From the human T2T-CHM13v2.0 reference genome, Homo sapiens, in NCBI RefSeq assembly GCF_009914755.1, contig NC_060938.1: a stretch of 64,000 nt of DNA; one strand, written 5' to 3'. Below the pieces are notes generated by a model. That model was given only the letters and a program-made list of their open reading frames with translations, had not been told where the DNA came from and searched no databases. A program made the position numbers and the translations under genes. This document shows, in pieces, positions 1-22,472 of the stretch (the first letter of the stretch is position 1; each line of letters begins with the position of its first letter).

Positions 1-222
1 TTTGTTTTGTTCTTTCTTGGAATATTTTATAAAGCAGTCTGCTATTTCTGACATGTGTGTGTGTTTCTGTGTCTTGTGTCTGTTTTTCTGCTTATAAAGT
101 TTTTTGGCCTGTAGGTATTTTTCCAGGAAAAAGATTAAATTTTGATCCAATTAAGCAAAAACATTGTCAACAGCACTTTTTCATTGGCAGCAATGACCTC
201 TTTTTTCATTTTTATGTTTTCA

Positions 223-571
<349 letters not shown>

Positions 572-967
572 TGAAATACACTCTCTACTTAAAGGATGAT
601 ATGTGGACACAGGAATTTTCCTCAAGTAGACTGTGGAATTATAATTTTATAATGCCCCAGTTGATAGCGCAGGAGTCCTAACAAAAGAGAAAAACAATTA
701 AAGGAAGCTACACTTTTCAATTTATGCAACCTGGATTGTATTTGTGGTCTATACTGGATATGTTCCAGTTCTATATCACAATACAAAATTTCCTCAAAGC
801 TAACTAGCCCAGACATCAATTAAATAGGCTGGTAAACAGATAGGCCAGCATGGGTATAATTCATTAATTGATCACTGCCAGCCAGCCAGCCGTTAGATAA
901 CTATATTTCTAGCAAACAGAGATAATTTCTCCTGAATAATTGAGGTCTTGCAAGAGTTAACAAATTA

Positions 968-1277
<310 letters not shown>

Positions 1278-1362
1278 TTATTTGTAAAGAGGAAAGTATA
1301 TTCAATTGATGGAGAAGATGCAATATATATAATTACCTTGATTTTATAGTTATAAATAGTAA

Positions 1363-1758
<396 letters not shown>

Positions 1759-2630
1759 TGACAACATTTTAGTATTGTACTTTTTTTCAAGAATATACAG
1801 TTATTTCAAATATTTTCAATTTTGCATTAACATTATCATAGTTTAGTGGGTTTTTTAATAGTTCAGTAGTTTGAGGGCTGAATTTTTTCCCTCGTAATGA
1901 AAAATCTTATAATAAAGATAAAGGGAATTCTTTAGGATGCTGCAAAAAAGATAATTCTTCTCTTAAAATTAATGTTACAAGACTCTTGGTTGCTGTTGAC
2001 ATCCAGATCAACAGACACATGATGATCTTCGGAGAAAACATGTTCAAACTCTGAAAAGCACGATCCATGGCCACCAGGTGCTTTAGAGATCACTTCTTTG
2101 ATGGGGGTACTGTGACGTTACTCCTCCAAAAATAGTGCAAATACCAGCAGAAGGTGGTGCTACACTTTTTTTATTTGTTTTATTTTTGAGACAGGGTCTC
2201 ACTCTGTCACCCAGGCTGGCATGCACTGGTGCAATCATTACTCACTGCAGCCTCCATCTCCCAGGTTCAAGTCATTCTCCCACCTCAGCTTCCTAAGTAG
2301 CTTGGACTATGGGCATGTACCACCATGCCTAGCAGATTTTCTTTTTTCAGTAGAGACCAGGTCTCACTATGTTACCCAGACTGGTGTTACACTCTTCAAA
2401 CGACTATTTGGGGGAAGAGGCTTCTTTTTTTTTTTTTTTTTGAGAGAGAGAGTGTCTTGCTTTGTCACCCAGGCTGTAGTGCAGTGGCGTGATATCAGCC
2501 TCCCAGGTTCAAGCGATTCTTGTGCCTCAGACTCCCAAGTAATGGGGATTACAGACATGTGCCACTACACCTGGCTCATTTTTGTGTTTTTAGTAGTGAT
2601 GGGGTTTTGCCATGTTTTCCAGGCTGGTCT

Positions 2631-3497
2631 TGAAGCGGGATATTTCCCTGACCTCTTCGTGGGATTGGCAACAGGGGTGCCTCATTTACTCAGCCTATAG
2701 CTCTCGACTCCTCATGGGAGGGAGCATGTGAGTGAACAAGGTGGGAACCGGAGTGCACGAGTGCTGGAACCTGCTGTTCACTTTGGTGCCAGCAGGGGCA
2801 AACTCCACTCACTTGGACCTGCTGCATTCCTCCCCATGTGGGAGGGAGTGCACAGGTGAGCATGTGCAGGAGCTGGGGTGAGCACTTTTGAGGCCCCATA
2901 GCATGACTGGGGAGGTGGTGCCCACAACCCTTGAAGCCCCAGAGGGCATGTTACAGTGCTCTTTTAGCTCTGCTGTCCATGGACAGCTCAGGTGTTAACA
3001 GGTCCGTGGGCCCTTTTGTTTCCGCGCCTGTGGTTCCCAAGCTCTTGTCCAGCATCCAGGAAAAATGAGGTCGCACAAACAAATTGAAGGATGGTAAGTG
3101 TGGGGGATTTTATTGCTGATGAAGTGGCTCTCAGTGGGAAGGGGAGATTAAAGGGGATGGGGGTAGGTAATCTTCCCCTGAAGTCCAGCTGTCTTTGGCC
3201 AGATTCTTCTTCAAAGTTATGTCACCAAGCTGTTACTCTGAAGTTAAGCCACTTCTCTCCGATGTCCAGCTGTAGTCTCCTATGTCCAGCTGCTTCTCCT
3301 CTCTGCCGGCTGAGTCTGGGGTATTTATAGGCACAGGATGGGGGGTGGACCATGGATGGTTTAGGAAAAGGCAACATTTGAGTGGGAAAACAGGGATAGA
3401 AGTTCTCACTTTGGGCCATGGCTTTTCCACGAGGGTGGGGCTTCATCAGGGACCTGCTGTTGTCTGCCTAGAGTTTCTCTACCTCCTGTTGTTACCA
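2631..3497 (-). mobile_element. Solo ERV1 LTR (LTR28/LTR1-like) inserted into an Alu
   Basis: TG...CA ends on minus, TATAAA at 3329-3324, AATAAA at 3114-3109. 4-bp TSD gtct/atct. The Alu resumes exactly across the insertion. Subfamily from memory. Confidence 0.8.
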
Positions 3498-4689
3498 ATC
3501 TCAAACTCCTGGGCTCAAGCAATCCACCTGCCTTGGCCTCCCAAAGTGCTGGGATTACAGGAGTGAGCCACTGTGCCCAGCCCATGAAGAGACATTTTTG
3601 ACTTAGTTCTCTTAGTTGTACCAGGAGACATGCATTCCAGCCCTAGATGTTTTTTTGTATTGCACAGTCATACAGGGCAGAGCATCCAGAATTTGAAGGC
3701 ACTTGGCTGAATACACTCATGTGGAAGCTGGGTGCCCTTTTCTGACCTTTGAGGGCCTCCTGAACTGATTGGAGGGCTTGGTTTGTGATGTGGTAGTCTT
3801 TAAGTCACTGGCAATGAATATATAACCTGAACCCTTACTTTAAGCCCACCAAACGGCCTTTTAAACAGATGCTATGGTGTGGCTAAAACACAATATAAAG
3901 AAAAGATATGGAACTTCCTGGGAATTTGGAGAAAAAGTCCCAAAAGCTCCTGAGACTGATGACAACACCATTAATGAACCAATCTTGCTGTGTTGATTTC
4001 CTGTGATCAAGTCCTTCTATATGCACTGACATCCTGAGCATTCCTGTCTTACTGAATCTGTCAGTGTGTTGATGCTGAATGTTGGTGAGACTGTGGGAGG
4101 ATCAATGCATATCTGGGATAATGAAGAAATGCCTGCAGGTTTATAAAAAGGAAGGGATTGACCCTACTCCCTATTACTGGAATACAGATCAGAGAAAATA
4201 TGGTATATGTCATCATGGAGGATATGACTTGGGCCTAGAATGATTCTTCTTAAAAAATTATGTTTTTAAGATAGGGTCTCACTTGGTAGCTCAGGCTGCA
4301 GTGCAGTGGCACAATTATAGCTTACTGTAACTTCAAACTCCTCAGCTCAGGAGATCCTCTCGCCTTGGCCTCCCAAATTGCTGTGATTACAAGTGTGAGC
4401 CACTGTGTCCAGCCCTTGGGATGATTCTTCTCTTGGATTCTGAAGTTATCACATCTAAGATGCATGCTTATACCATTGATTTGTCCAGTGCTGCAGGCCA
4501 TAACTGATTACTTCTGAAGCATAAAAGAAACAATATGGTTCAGGAAAGAAACAGGCTGCCTCTTTAAAAATAAACAAAAACAAAAAACCCCCAAATATAA
4601 AAAGCCAGAATCTTCCCTTTCTTGTTCCACTGGGGTAAAACTGTTTCCATTTTCTCTTTTTTATTCCTAATACCATAAAAAGTAGCCCA

Positions 4690-5083
<394 letters not shown>

Positions 5084-5205
5084 TTATATATATATAATTA
5101 AACAATTTTAAATATTGGTTAAAAAAAGTACTCTTGAGTTATGTATCTATTCCATTAAGTCCTATTCTCTAGGCCTGTATCATATGATACTTTCCATAAA
5201 GTTGA

Positions 5206-5558
<353 letters not shown>

Positions 5559-5950
5559 AACTTTTTTTTTAAATAAATAAATTTTAAGCCCAAACCTCAC
5601 CATCATACCTCTTTTATAGTAGTTACTTATATCTTTTCAAGGGCCTTAATGTTCCCTTAAGTTGACGGTGAAGTTTGTTTTATATAAAATTTAGACTCAA
5701 TATTTTATTAACAGAAAGGTGTTATATCCAGTGTTATTTTACATAAGCTTTTAAGCAATGGGCTAAATAGAATGACTTAACTAGTAGCTTTGTCTCTATT
5801 TCTCCTCTTAGAAAAAAAATTAAGCTCAAGACAAATATTATACCATTTTGATGGTTTCATCCAAGTTGCTAATCAACATTTTTAATTTGTAACGTTACCA
5901 AGCTAATTAATATGCAACTGCTTTATTACAACTAGACTCATTAATATCTA

Positions 5951-6274
<324 letters not shown>

Positions 6275-6984
6275 CTGCTGTAGAAAATAATTAAAAAAAA
6301 ACTTTTTCCCCTATTGTATTAGCGAAAGACTTTTTAGTTGTAATTTGGAGAAATGTAATTGAAAATATCTTCAACAAAGAGTGAGGAAGGCTCCTGAGGG
6401 AGCCCGGAGCGCTGAAAGAGGAGAAAAGCTATACCTTGATGGAATCGGGATTGCCAGTTTTCCTGTCTCCAGCATGAATGCTTGGGATCAGAAAGATGAG
6501 TTCAAACCCCAGCTGTTAAGCCTTAATTTCATTATCAGTAAAGATACATTTAATAGTTCAGGGTTGTATTAAATAAGGCGATTTAAGGAGATACATTTAA
6601 GAGTAGCTCAAATTTCCTAATTCCATTACACTGGACATAAAAGGTTTTTTTCCTAATTACTGACGTTCATATAAGCACCTTTAATCCAAATAATTCAGGA
6701 TACTAGAGTACTGAGTAGAAATCTTAATGTGTAAGAGCAAACTAAATGAAACAGCTAAAACAGACAAAACACTTTTTTAAAATCCCTAAGTCAAATTAAT
6801 TAGTTACATCCTGAGAACAACCTAGTTCAGCATTTGCCTTGGCAAAGAAGTTATGAGTCCTCATCCATCCTGTACCAGTGCAATTCAATAGCTATTAAGT
6901 GAGCCAAGTTACAGAAGACATAATTTCTCCCTATGAAGTGGTACAGTCTAAGAGGGAGACAAGATAATATTAAAATGCAATGTG

Positions 6985-7323
<339 letters not shown>

Positions 7324-7691
7324 TTAAGCACTATGGAAACACAGATGAGGAAGCAGTTAAATTGGTGTAAGAGGAAGTTAAGAAGTGTTAAGGAGAGTTA
7401 CCAAGGAAAGGTGATATTTAAGCCAGGCCTAAAAGGAGTGGGCAATCACCAGACAGAAGACAGGAGAGAAAAGGACATTTTAGGTAAAGGGAACAATAAA
7501 TATACACTCAATGCCTAGAGACACTTAGGAAGAGACAGAGAATCTAAACCATCACAAATAATGCTCCAAAGAAAGGGCTCTTCTGAGAGAGAAAAAAGGC
7601 TGATTTTCTGGAATCCATGTGAGAGAAACCAACCTGCCATCTTTTGTTGGTAAAATAATTTAAAAATACAAGAATGATAATGAAAATTAGC

Positions 7692-7697
7692 TTTATT
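7692..7697 (-). terminator. Distal polyadenylation signal AATAAA of HEATR5A
   Basis: tttatt on plus; downstream minus-strand sequence TTATCATTCTTGTATTTTT is U-rich. Confidence 0.7.
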
Positions 7698-8398
7698 TAT
7701 GTAATTTAGAAAAAATGATTGTAGTGTTAGAGTTTGTCAAATGTTTTCACTCTGAACAATTTACAATAGTATTTATATACAAACATAATAAAATAGGTAC
7801 ATCACATTGTTCTTGCTTCAAAATGTCTTCTCAATTCTGACATGCTTCTATCACTTCGGTTTGTAATTTTTAAGAGGGAAATGCTCTGTTTTGACACAGT
7901 GCTTGATTCACACAGTATAACACTGAAGTAGAAGGAGAATCAACAATCATGAACACAGTTAAAAAATATTTTTCAACCAATATGACTTTATCATTAATCT
8001 TTTTTCTATAATAAAATGTTTCCTGTTAAAAAAAATACTTGTATTCACCTGATGACCTAAATTTGTTGTACTAAATTTGGCATTTATATAAACCCATAGT
8101 TGATCTAAATACAATGTAGATATGAACCTAGGTTAAAACTCATTGATACAAATGTTTGCCACAAATGAAAATGAACAAAATTGGTAAGAACAGAGGTAAA
8201 CAGAAAAATCCATTTGAAAAATAGTGGAAATGGCTTATTCTATTTAAAATGAGTAAGACTCAATTTCTGAACCCAATATAAACTAAACCAAAAGATGGTG
8301 GAAAACCATGATATAGACACCAAATCTTATGTTGCACTGTAAGGCTGTAAGTAATTTGTACTATTGTATACTGGATAATCCTAGACCAGGTTTCCTAA

Positions 8399-8767
<369 letters not shown>

Positions 8768-9191
8768 AAAGCAGAATTTTAAATCAGCAATTGGGATACA
8801 ATATTAGTGCAGATAATTTACACTAGAGTCATATTTATATCTGTCACAGTATTAAGTATACCACATATGTATGGACTGTTAGAAGAAATTCATTTCATTT
8901 TTAAAGCAGTGGATTGTTTAGTAAGTTTAGTTCTTTAGCACTTTCTTAAAATTCCTGGCAAGTTAGCTCCATTGTCTTTTTAAATAGAAAAACAAAACAA
9001 AACAAAACACAAACCCCACGCACACACACAAAAATGTTAAGTATGCTGTTACTTTGAAGAGTCACAGCTATTTAAGGTAAAACAATCAACTAGACCTCTA
9101 AGGGCACTTGTGTCTACAATGTCCCTTTTGTCACCAAAGGCAATGATCAAGTATTTATTATATTAAGGTGCTTACTATTCCAAAAAAAAAA

Positions 9192-9590
<399 letters not shown>

Positions 9591-9763
9591 CTAAAGAAAA
9601 CAATTCGTCCAATCTCTTCTAAATTAATACTAAATAATATCAATACTTGGGATTAACATAACACCTTTCAATGAATGTGAAATACAGATATAATGTGACT
9701 GATTGTTTTGCAATTTAAATAACAGTAAAATTCTGATTTTTGTTGAGACTGAGTATGAATTTA

Positions 9764-9991
<228 letters not shown>

Positions 9992-10316
9992 CTAATAAGG
10001 TAAGAGAAAAGAATAGCAAATACTATAAATAAATTTTTAAAAAGTCCCTGAGGACTCTTTGCTTTTTAAAGTAGTGAAGGTATTTAAATTTATTTCTAAT
10101 TTGTGTTTAATTTTGAAAGTCCAAGGGCCAACAGGTAATCAAACATCTATGCTAACAGTGGTTGTGACAGTTTGGAATGGGAAAGAGGCATATAGGTAAA
10201 CAGGGAAGCAAAGCTGAGTGTTAATTTTTCTTCTTTTCTCTAATTCCCATTTTCCCCCTCATGTCTTTCTCTATAATGTAAAAAACAAAAACACCACCAA
10301 AACCCCTCCTGTAACA

Positions 10317-10857
<541 letters not shown>

Positions 10858-11143
10858 TAAAAGGAAATGACTATACATCAAAGATATAAATAAACTTTTA
10901 TTGAGTTAACTGTAATGGTATTTTAATAATTATTTTTTCTGAGAGAAAATCTGGTTCCTGTATCTTCAGGAGTAGATATATGTGTGATCATTGGCTATGA
11001 ACTCACCTAGAGGCACATAAAAAATAGGACATTACTCAAGCAAATGAAGGGGACATAAAAGAATGGGATAAATTTGTGTGTATTGCTTTTGGAATGGGTC
11101 CTGTTATTTCACATTCATATTACTGAAGGTATGTGCTGGAGTC

Positions 11144-11436
11144 TTTTTTTTGAGACAGCGTCTGGCTCTGTCATCCAGGCTGCGGTGCAGTGGCATGATC
11201 GTGGCTCACTGCAGCCTCAAGGTCCCAGGCTCGAGTGATCCTCCTGCCTCAGTCCCCCAGAGCAGCTGGGACTACAGGCCTGCTCCCCCACACCAGGTTA
11301 ATTTTTGTATTTTTTGTAGGGATGCATTCTCACCATGCTGCAAGGCTGCTCTCGGACTCCTGGCCTCAAGCAATCTGCCCACCGCGTCCTCCCAAAGTGC
11401 TGGATGGAATTACAGGTATGAGCCACAGTGCCTGGC
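11144..11436 (-). mobile_element. Alu (J-type)
   Basis: Diverged dimer. Confidence 0.85.
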
Positions 11437-11444
11437 CTCCCTTT

Positions 11445-11475
<31 letters not shown>

Positions 11476-11784
11476 AATCCACTATAATATGCTACAAAGT
11501 ATCTTATAAAAGTCCCTTATAAAGTTCCAGTGCTACATCAATCTTAAGATTCCTCCACTTCAAATTCAGTTTCTTAACATTTCCTCTTCTGCCACTATGC
11601 TCTACCCTTAGGGCTGAAGAACAAGACTACTGTTATTTGGCTTTGTCACTCCTGAAATAGAAATTAATCTTAAATCTAAAAATAAAAAAATTGTAGTCTA
11701 ATACTTCCTATTGGAGCCAACAAAATCACACAGAAAATTTTCTAAAGGCCTAGCCATTGTCCTATTACATACATCTTTCTGCTA

Positions 11785-11994
<210 letters not shown>

Positions 11995-12212
11995 TTATAT
12001 ACCTGTGTGAAGCTGTCTTCAGTTTGGTAGTAACAGTTTGGTGTACACAACAGATACACACAATGAACGCTGACTAAGAACCCTGGCAAAGGTACATTTT
12101 AAGATGTGCATTATAAGTAATTCTAGAGCTAAGAACTACCAAAGTAATTATAATCTTTAAAGGTTAAGACATCAGTAAATAAATACATACATTTACTAGG
12201 AATACATATTTA

Positions 12213-12390
12213 TTAGTTGTGTGACTTTGGACATCTAACTCCATCTTCAGTATTCTCATCTGTAAAATGGGAATAACAGCAGTACTCACATTGATAGGGT
12301 TGTGAAGATTAAATGAGTTAATCCACGTGAAGCATTTAGAATAGTATGCTACACATGACGCTCAGTATATGCTACTTATCATGTTAATTA
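12213..12390 (+). mobile_element. MIR
   Basis: Core ctcatctgtaaaatgggaataa...gttgtgaagattaaatgag. Confidence 0.7.
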
Positions 12391-12890
12391 TTTTTACTGT
12401 GAAGCAACACAGAAATGCTTGCACAATTGTTTTCTCTTTGTTAAAGTATTTTTATAATACATGTATCAAGTGAAAATACGTTAGCACTTTACAAATATGA
12501 TTTCTCAAGAGTAGAGAAAAACCTGAAAACAGCTGTGTAGGCCACAATCATTTGAAGGAATTTTCTATTAGAAGTAATCTACCTTTATTTTCTAGTCATA
12601 CTCTCATTAAATAATTTTAATGAAACTGCTGTGGAAAAAAAATCACTGTTATTCAAAAAAGAAAGATGTAGCAAATTCAAATATTTAAATTGTTTAAGAA
12701 TGGGTTGATACTTATGAAGAAATGACATATGTAGTAGTTTTGGTCACATTCATTCAACAAGACTTAAGAAACACTGTGTGCCAGCCCTCTTTTAGGCACA
12801 GAGAATACATCTTATAGAGAAGATACACTATAAGCTGAGAAGCAAAGACTTTCAACTAGTGATAAGGTCTAAGCATATAAAAATATATTA

Positions 12891-13398
<508 letters not shown>

Positions 13399-13589
13399 AT
13401 TCAAAGTAGCTCAGGACAGCCTATCCTGGGTGATCAGAGAAAGCCTTGAGGAGATAATACCTGAGTTGACTATACTCAAGAGGCACAGTAGCAGTGAAAG
13501 CAAAATTTTATGGATGAATAGGATTTATTTTATAAAAGACATCTGAGTGATTTTAAGGTAAAATAAGTACACAGTTAATATTTAAAGTT

Positions 13590-13790
13590 AACATGTAGCA
13601 CTGTTATAAGCACTTTATATACATTAAATATTTAATCAACATAACAGCATCATGAGGTAGGTACTCTTATTATCTCTCATTTTATGGACAAGAAACACAA
13701 ATTCAGTCATTTGTCCAAGTCACACAATTAGTAAGGCAGAAAGCTTGATTACAGAGAGTGTACTGTTAACTATAATGCTATACTGCTTCC
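13590..13790 (-). mobile_element. MIR
   Basis: atgaggtaggtactcttattatctctcattttatgga...ccaagtcacacaattagtaa. Confidence 0.6.
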
Positions 13791-13959
13791 CTTACAGCAA
13801 AGTTATTTTTAACCACCTATAGCAACTTGAAACTGCAACAGAGTCAGCTAATTTGTTTAGTAAAAATGTCTTTATTCTCAGCAAGATAAAGTTCTCCTGG
13901 GTTCCTTTTACCATTTCTTCTAAAATATCTTTATTCCTACTCTCTTTTACCTAGGATAG

Positions 13960-14185
13960 ATGCACAATTCACTTAGCTAGCCATATGAATGAGTCATCTT
14001 GGAAATGAATCCTCTAGCTGCAGCCCTGGCCAACACCTTAACAGTAATTTCATGAGAGAACCTAAGCTAGAACCACATAGCTAAACTGCTCCTAATCCTG
14101 GACCCATAGAAACTGTCAGATAATATAATATGTGTTTGCTCTTTTAAGCCACTAAGTTTTGAGGCAATTTTTTGGGCAGGAAACA
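13960..14185 (+). mobile_element. MLT1-type MaLR LTR fragment
   Basis: gcagccctggccaacacctt...agaaactgtcagataat...ttttaagccactaagtttt. Confidence 0.6.
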
Positions 14186-15141
14186 TTTAACCTGTCATGA
14201 CCAACTCCTTAATTTCTCTTAGTAGCTAGTCTAAATCCTGTCCTAGCCTAATTCCCTGATACACATCCAAAAACAACAACAACAAAACACAACCCATTTT
14301 TTTGTGTGTGAGATGAAAGAAGCAAGCTCATCATAAACCTCAACATGAATTATTATTATTATTTGTAGAGACAGTATCTTGTTATGTTGCCCACACTGGT
14401 CTTGAACTCCTGGCCTCAAGCGGTCCTCTTGCCAAGGCCTCCCAAAGTGCTGGGATTACAGGAGTGAGCCACACTGGCCAGCCCTCAACATAAAAACTTG
14501 TAGCTATAATATTATTTTCCATCCTTACCTGCTGTTCTTTCCTCATATTGGCAGAGGTCAATCCTGTTAAATGTGCTGTAAATTTTATTCCTTCTGCCTA
14601 GACAGGGACGCTGCTTTCCCTTCTAATACTTCTATCTCCAACCCCATGTCCACCTCCTTTTTTTCCCCCGTTAAGTATGAACTCATGCTTGAATGTCACC
14701 TTAAAAAAAAGTTATCCCTTGACCTTACACTTTCCATTTAGCTATTTCTCTTCTTCCTGTGAAGAGAAGCCTATACTTGATCTTTCCCATGCCTTACACC
14801 TCTCATTTGTGCCTCACCACTGTGAGCTCTATCCCCCACACTGTTTGGCCTCTCTACAGTATTTTATAGTGCTGACCACTCCCTCTTTATTAAAAACTGG
14901 CTTATGTAATTACGTTATCTTCTGAATCTCCTCTCACCTTGATTTTGGTCCTCTTCTTGCTCCAGAAACTCAAGCTGGGTGATTTCAATTGTCCCATAGG
15001 TTACACTGACAGCTCCCAAATACACACATAGTCCAGAAAGTATCTCTAGCCCAGACTACTTTTGAAATAACCCTCACTTGGTTATTTCTGTTAATCACAT
15101 TCGAGTGTTCAAGTCATCCTACGCTTTCAACTCCTAAATCA

Positions 15142-15946
<805 letters not shown>

Positions 15947-16359
15947 TCATTATTCCACATGCCTATTAAAGGCAGTCCAAATCATGCCAGACCCTCCATA
16001 ATCTGGCCCCATGTACCATCCAACTTCATTTCTTTCCCTACTAATTGCCATTCACGACTCTTACACACTCTTCCATCCAAATCCACACCCCCTCATTGTT
16101 CTACTTGCCTTCCCTAGCTATTTAATTCTCCAAGTTTTTGGTCAAACTGTTGTACCTAGAATCCATTTCTTTTTCTTTTTTTCTTTTTTTTTTGAGACAG
16201 TCTCGCTCTGTTGCCCAGGCTGGAGTGCAGAGGTGTGATCTTGGCTCACACGGCAATCTCTACCTCCCGGGTTCAAGCGATTCCTAGAATCCATTTCTAT
16301 GATGTCCATGTGGAGAAAACTTTCTAATCCTTTAAGGCGTTGACTCTTCTGAGAAGCCT

Positions 16360-16746
16360 CTAGTGGTGGATACAGAGATGCACCGAGAGATCCCCTTCAA
16401 GGGAGAATGTGCTGCCCAGCTGTGGGAAGTGTGATCAAGGGTCAGCTCCTTCCGGATCAGTCTCAGCTAGAGATGGCTGTCTTACCTGAGATCAAATCCT
16501 TCCTGGAGCAGTCCACATTTGAAGTCCAGGCCATTTCTGTCATATGTTAAGACACTCTGATGGGCAATCTGGCTCCAGAGCTCCTCAGACAGATTTACTG
16601 AGATTTGTTGGGAAACTGTCACAGTTTGACTTCTTTTGCCCAATATTGCCTTCCCCTCTTCCCTTCACAGATGTTGTTTCTTAATAAACTTCTTGCTCCC
16701 CAAACTCCCTCTTGGTGAGTACTTTTAGAGAATCCTACTTGTGACA
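16360..16746 (+). mobile_element. Old ERVL LTR (LTR16-like)
   Basis: gatccccttcaagg near the start, ttaataaac near the end, ends gtgaca. Subfamily from memory. Confidence 0.55.
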
Positions 16747-17120
16747 CTCTGCCTGATTTCACTTAAACAGTACTAATTACTCCCATTTTTTAAAAAAAAC
16801 CAGTTAGAATTTTTTTTTATTGTACTAGAAATGCAGCGATAATTAAGACATTACTATTGCCTTTGGGAAATTCTTAACGTAATAATCACACCCTACGGCA
16901 ATTTATAGGAGCCAGGCTCCACCAGATTCCCAACTTTGGGCAAAGTGGGTGGTCAATAAATGCTGACTGCAGTTGAAAACATTTTATATGTAAAATGAAA
17001 TATGGCAAATTGTGACATTTATAAACAAAACTGGGAAGGCAGGGAAAATGCATACTGTGTCTAAAGACTTTTTATAATCACTACAACACACTAGTGAAAA
17101 TAAAAACCTCATAAAAATAA

Positions 17121-18044
<924 letters not shown>

Positions 18045-18174
18045 TAAACACATAGTATTGAATATGGTCTCCTCTAGGTGATATGGCCAAATATGATCAA
18101 GTAAAATATCTTATCCTCAAAAAACTCTTCTTCTCACTTTTTAAGACAAACTGAACTGCTTCCAAATAGCCTCA

Positions 18175-18420
<246 letters not shown>

Positions 18421-18743
18421 TTAAAAACACACTGGATTTCAACCTATATATATGGTTTCTAAAAAGAAATCATCAAGGAGTAAGACAATGTCAGATTTTC
18501 AGTTTTTAAAAGATGATTTCTAATAAAGAATTATAACTGTTAAGATAATGTAAGTAGCTTTATTAAAATTTTTATGGATGGATTAAATCTTGATGGTTAT
18601 AACTGGAGATTACGTTTAAATAAATTGTGTGAGTATCATTATGCTTATGCTGTTTTTGTTTTCTTTGGCAGTCGATAAATGAATTTATTTTTATTTATCT
18701 TTTACTGTGGTAAAATATATACAACATAAAGTTTACCATTTTA

Positions 18744-19418
<675 letters not shown>

Positions 19419-19808
19419 TCACAGAATATACAAGATTTAATTGGAAACAAGACATTTCTCTTTTATATGTAATAATCAATTACACATAATGCCTCTGTAG
19501 GACAGATACAAGCTACAGACCTACATATGGAAATAACACATGCATATACACGAAAAAACAAAACTCAGATGAGCTAGAGTTTTTAGGGAAGCCTTTATAC
19601 ATGAGGTAGGCCTGCAGTTGAACCATGAAGAAAAATTTTAAAAAGCAGATAAGGGTCATTTCAGATCAAGTAACGACACGATAGCACAGAACAAGGATGA
19701 ACATGAAGCCTCTTGGGTTTAGGATTTGCAAAGAAGGAACTGAAAAAAGGTAACGATTAGCAGAGCTACACAGAGAACCTTAAATGCTATGTTAAAGAGT
19801 ATGGACTT

Positions 19809-20600
<792 letters not shown>

Positions 20601-20765
20601 CTCTATATTTTTACTTTTAGTAAAACAATTTATTAAAATGTAATCCTAATCTTAGAGGATTAAAGACAATACCCAAATGTTTGGGTCAGCATTCATTTAA
20701 AAAGAAAAAGATTAGCAACTAGACTCCATTATCTATTAAAACCATTTCTCTTCTAGGTCAAGTCA

Positions 20766-21080
<315 letters not shown>

Positions 21081-21084
21081 TTAA

Positions 21085-21465
<381 letters not shown>

Positions 21466-22079
21466 TAAATTTTGGGTGTTAAAGACTGAGGGAGAAAGAA
21501 GTTATGAAGGTAAAAGTAATCATCTTTATTATGACTTCCTATTGCAATTGCTCAAAAGAAGTCTTTTTAATCCTGTCAGCCTTACAATATTGCCTGGTTA
21601 ACTCCTTCTTGCTGTTAAGACTGTAAACCTGATAGCTAGAGCTCCAGAAATTACCATGTGACCTTACGTATCGATGGTGGCTGGACAGAAAGACAGAAAG
21701 TCACATCCTTAATGTCTTTAAGAAGGTGCCATGTCAGCCCTAGACTGCCTATCTCTGGCCATCTATTTAGATGAGCAAATAAATCTTTGGGGTTTAAATC
21801 CACTGTTATATTGGGTTTTCTATAATATGTAGCCAACTATAATCTTAAGTGGTAAACTCTCCAATACCATATTAGACTTGTAAATGAGCAATCTGCAAAC
21901 ATAAGTTCTTTCCATGCACGTTGGTAAACACAGCTAAAGCAAGTATTCTAGTAGCGTAAGGGATTTATTTCTTCCAGGTTTTGTTAAAATTCTCATTTCA
22001 CCCAGAGAATAGTAATTTAACTACTGACAATATCTAAACTAACATGTAGAGGTGAATGAGAAGATTTAAAACCATGCCA

Positions 22080-22393
22080 GGCTAGGCATGATGGCTCATG
22101 CCTGTAATCCCAGCACTCTGGGAGGCTGAGGTGGGTGGATTGCCTGAGTCCAGGAGTTCGAGAGACCAGGCTGGGCAACATGGCCACATCCCGTCTCTAA
22201 TAAAAAATACGAAAAAATTAGCCAGGCATGGTGGCATGTGCCTGATGCCCTAGCTACTCAGGAGGCTAAGGTGGGAGAATCACCTGAGCCTGGGAGGTTG
22301 AGGCTGCAGTGAGGCGAGATCGTGCCAATGCACTCCAGCTTGGGCAACTGGAGTGAGACCTTGTTTCACTAAATAAATAAATAAATAAATAAA
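22080..22393 (+). mobile_element. Alu abutting the U3 pseudogene
   Basis: Dimer with a (TAAA)n tail. Confidence 0.88.
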
Positions 22394-22403
22394 GCCATGC
22401 CTA

Positions 22404-22472
22404 AAGACTCTACTTTCAGGGATCATTTCTATAGTTCATTACTAGGGAAGTTTCTCTCAATGTGTAGAGCAC
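22404..22472 (+). pseudogene. U3 snoRNA pseudogene, 3'-truncated after about nt 69
   Basis: AAGACTCTACTTTCAGGGATCATTTCTATAGTTCATTACTAGGGAAGTTTCTCTCAATGTGTAGAGCAC matches the U3 5' end. TSD aataa(a/g)gccatgccta at 22388-22403 and 22482-22497. Confidence 0.88.

Noticed and set aside
6381-6500. Short CpG-containing GC-richer patch downstream of the gene
   Set aside because: It is too short for a CpG island and has no convincing motif such as CTCF.
14521-14560. Strong donor-like CAG|GTAAGG on minus
   Set aside because: There is no plausible upstream acceptor with a pyrimidine tract.
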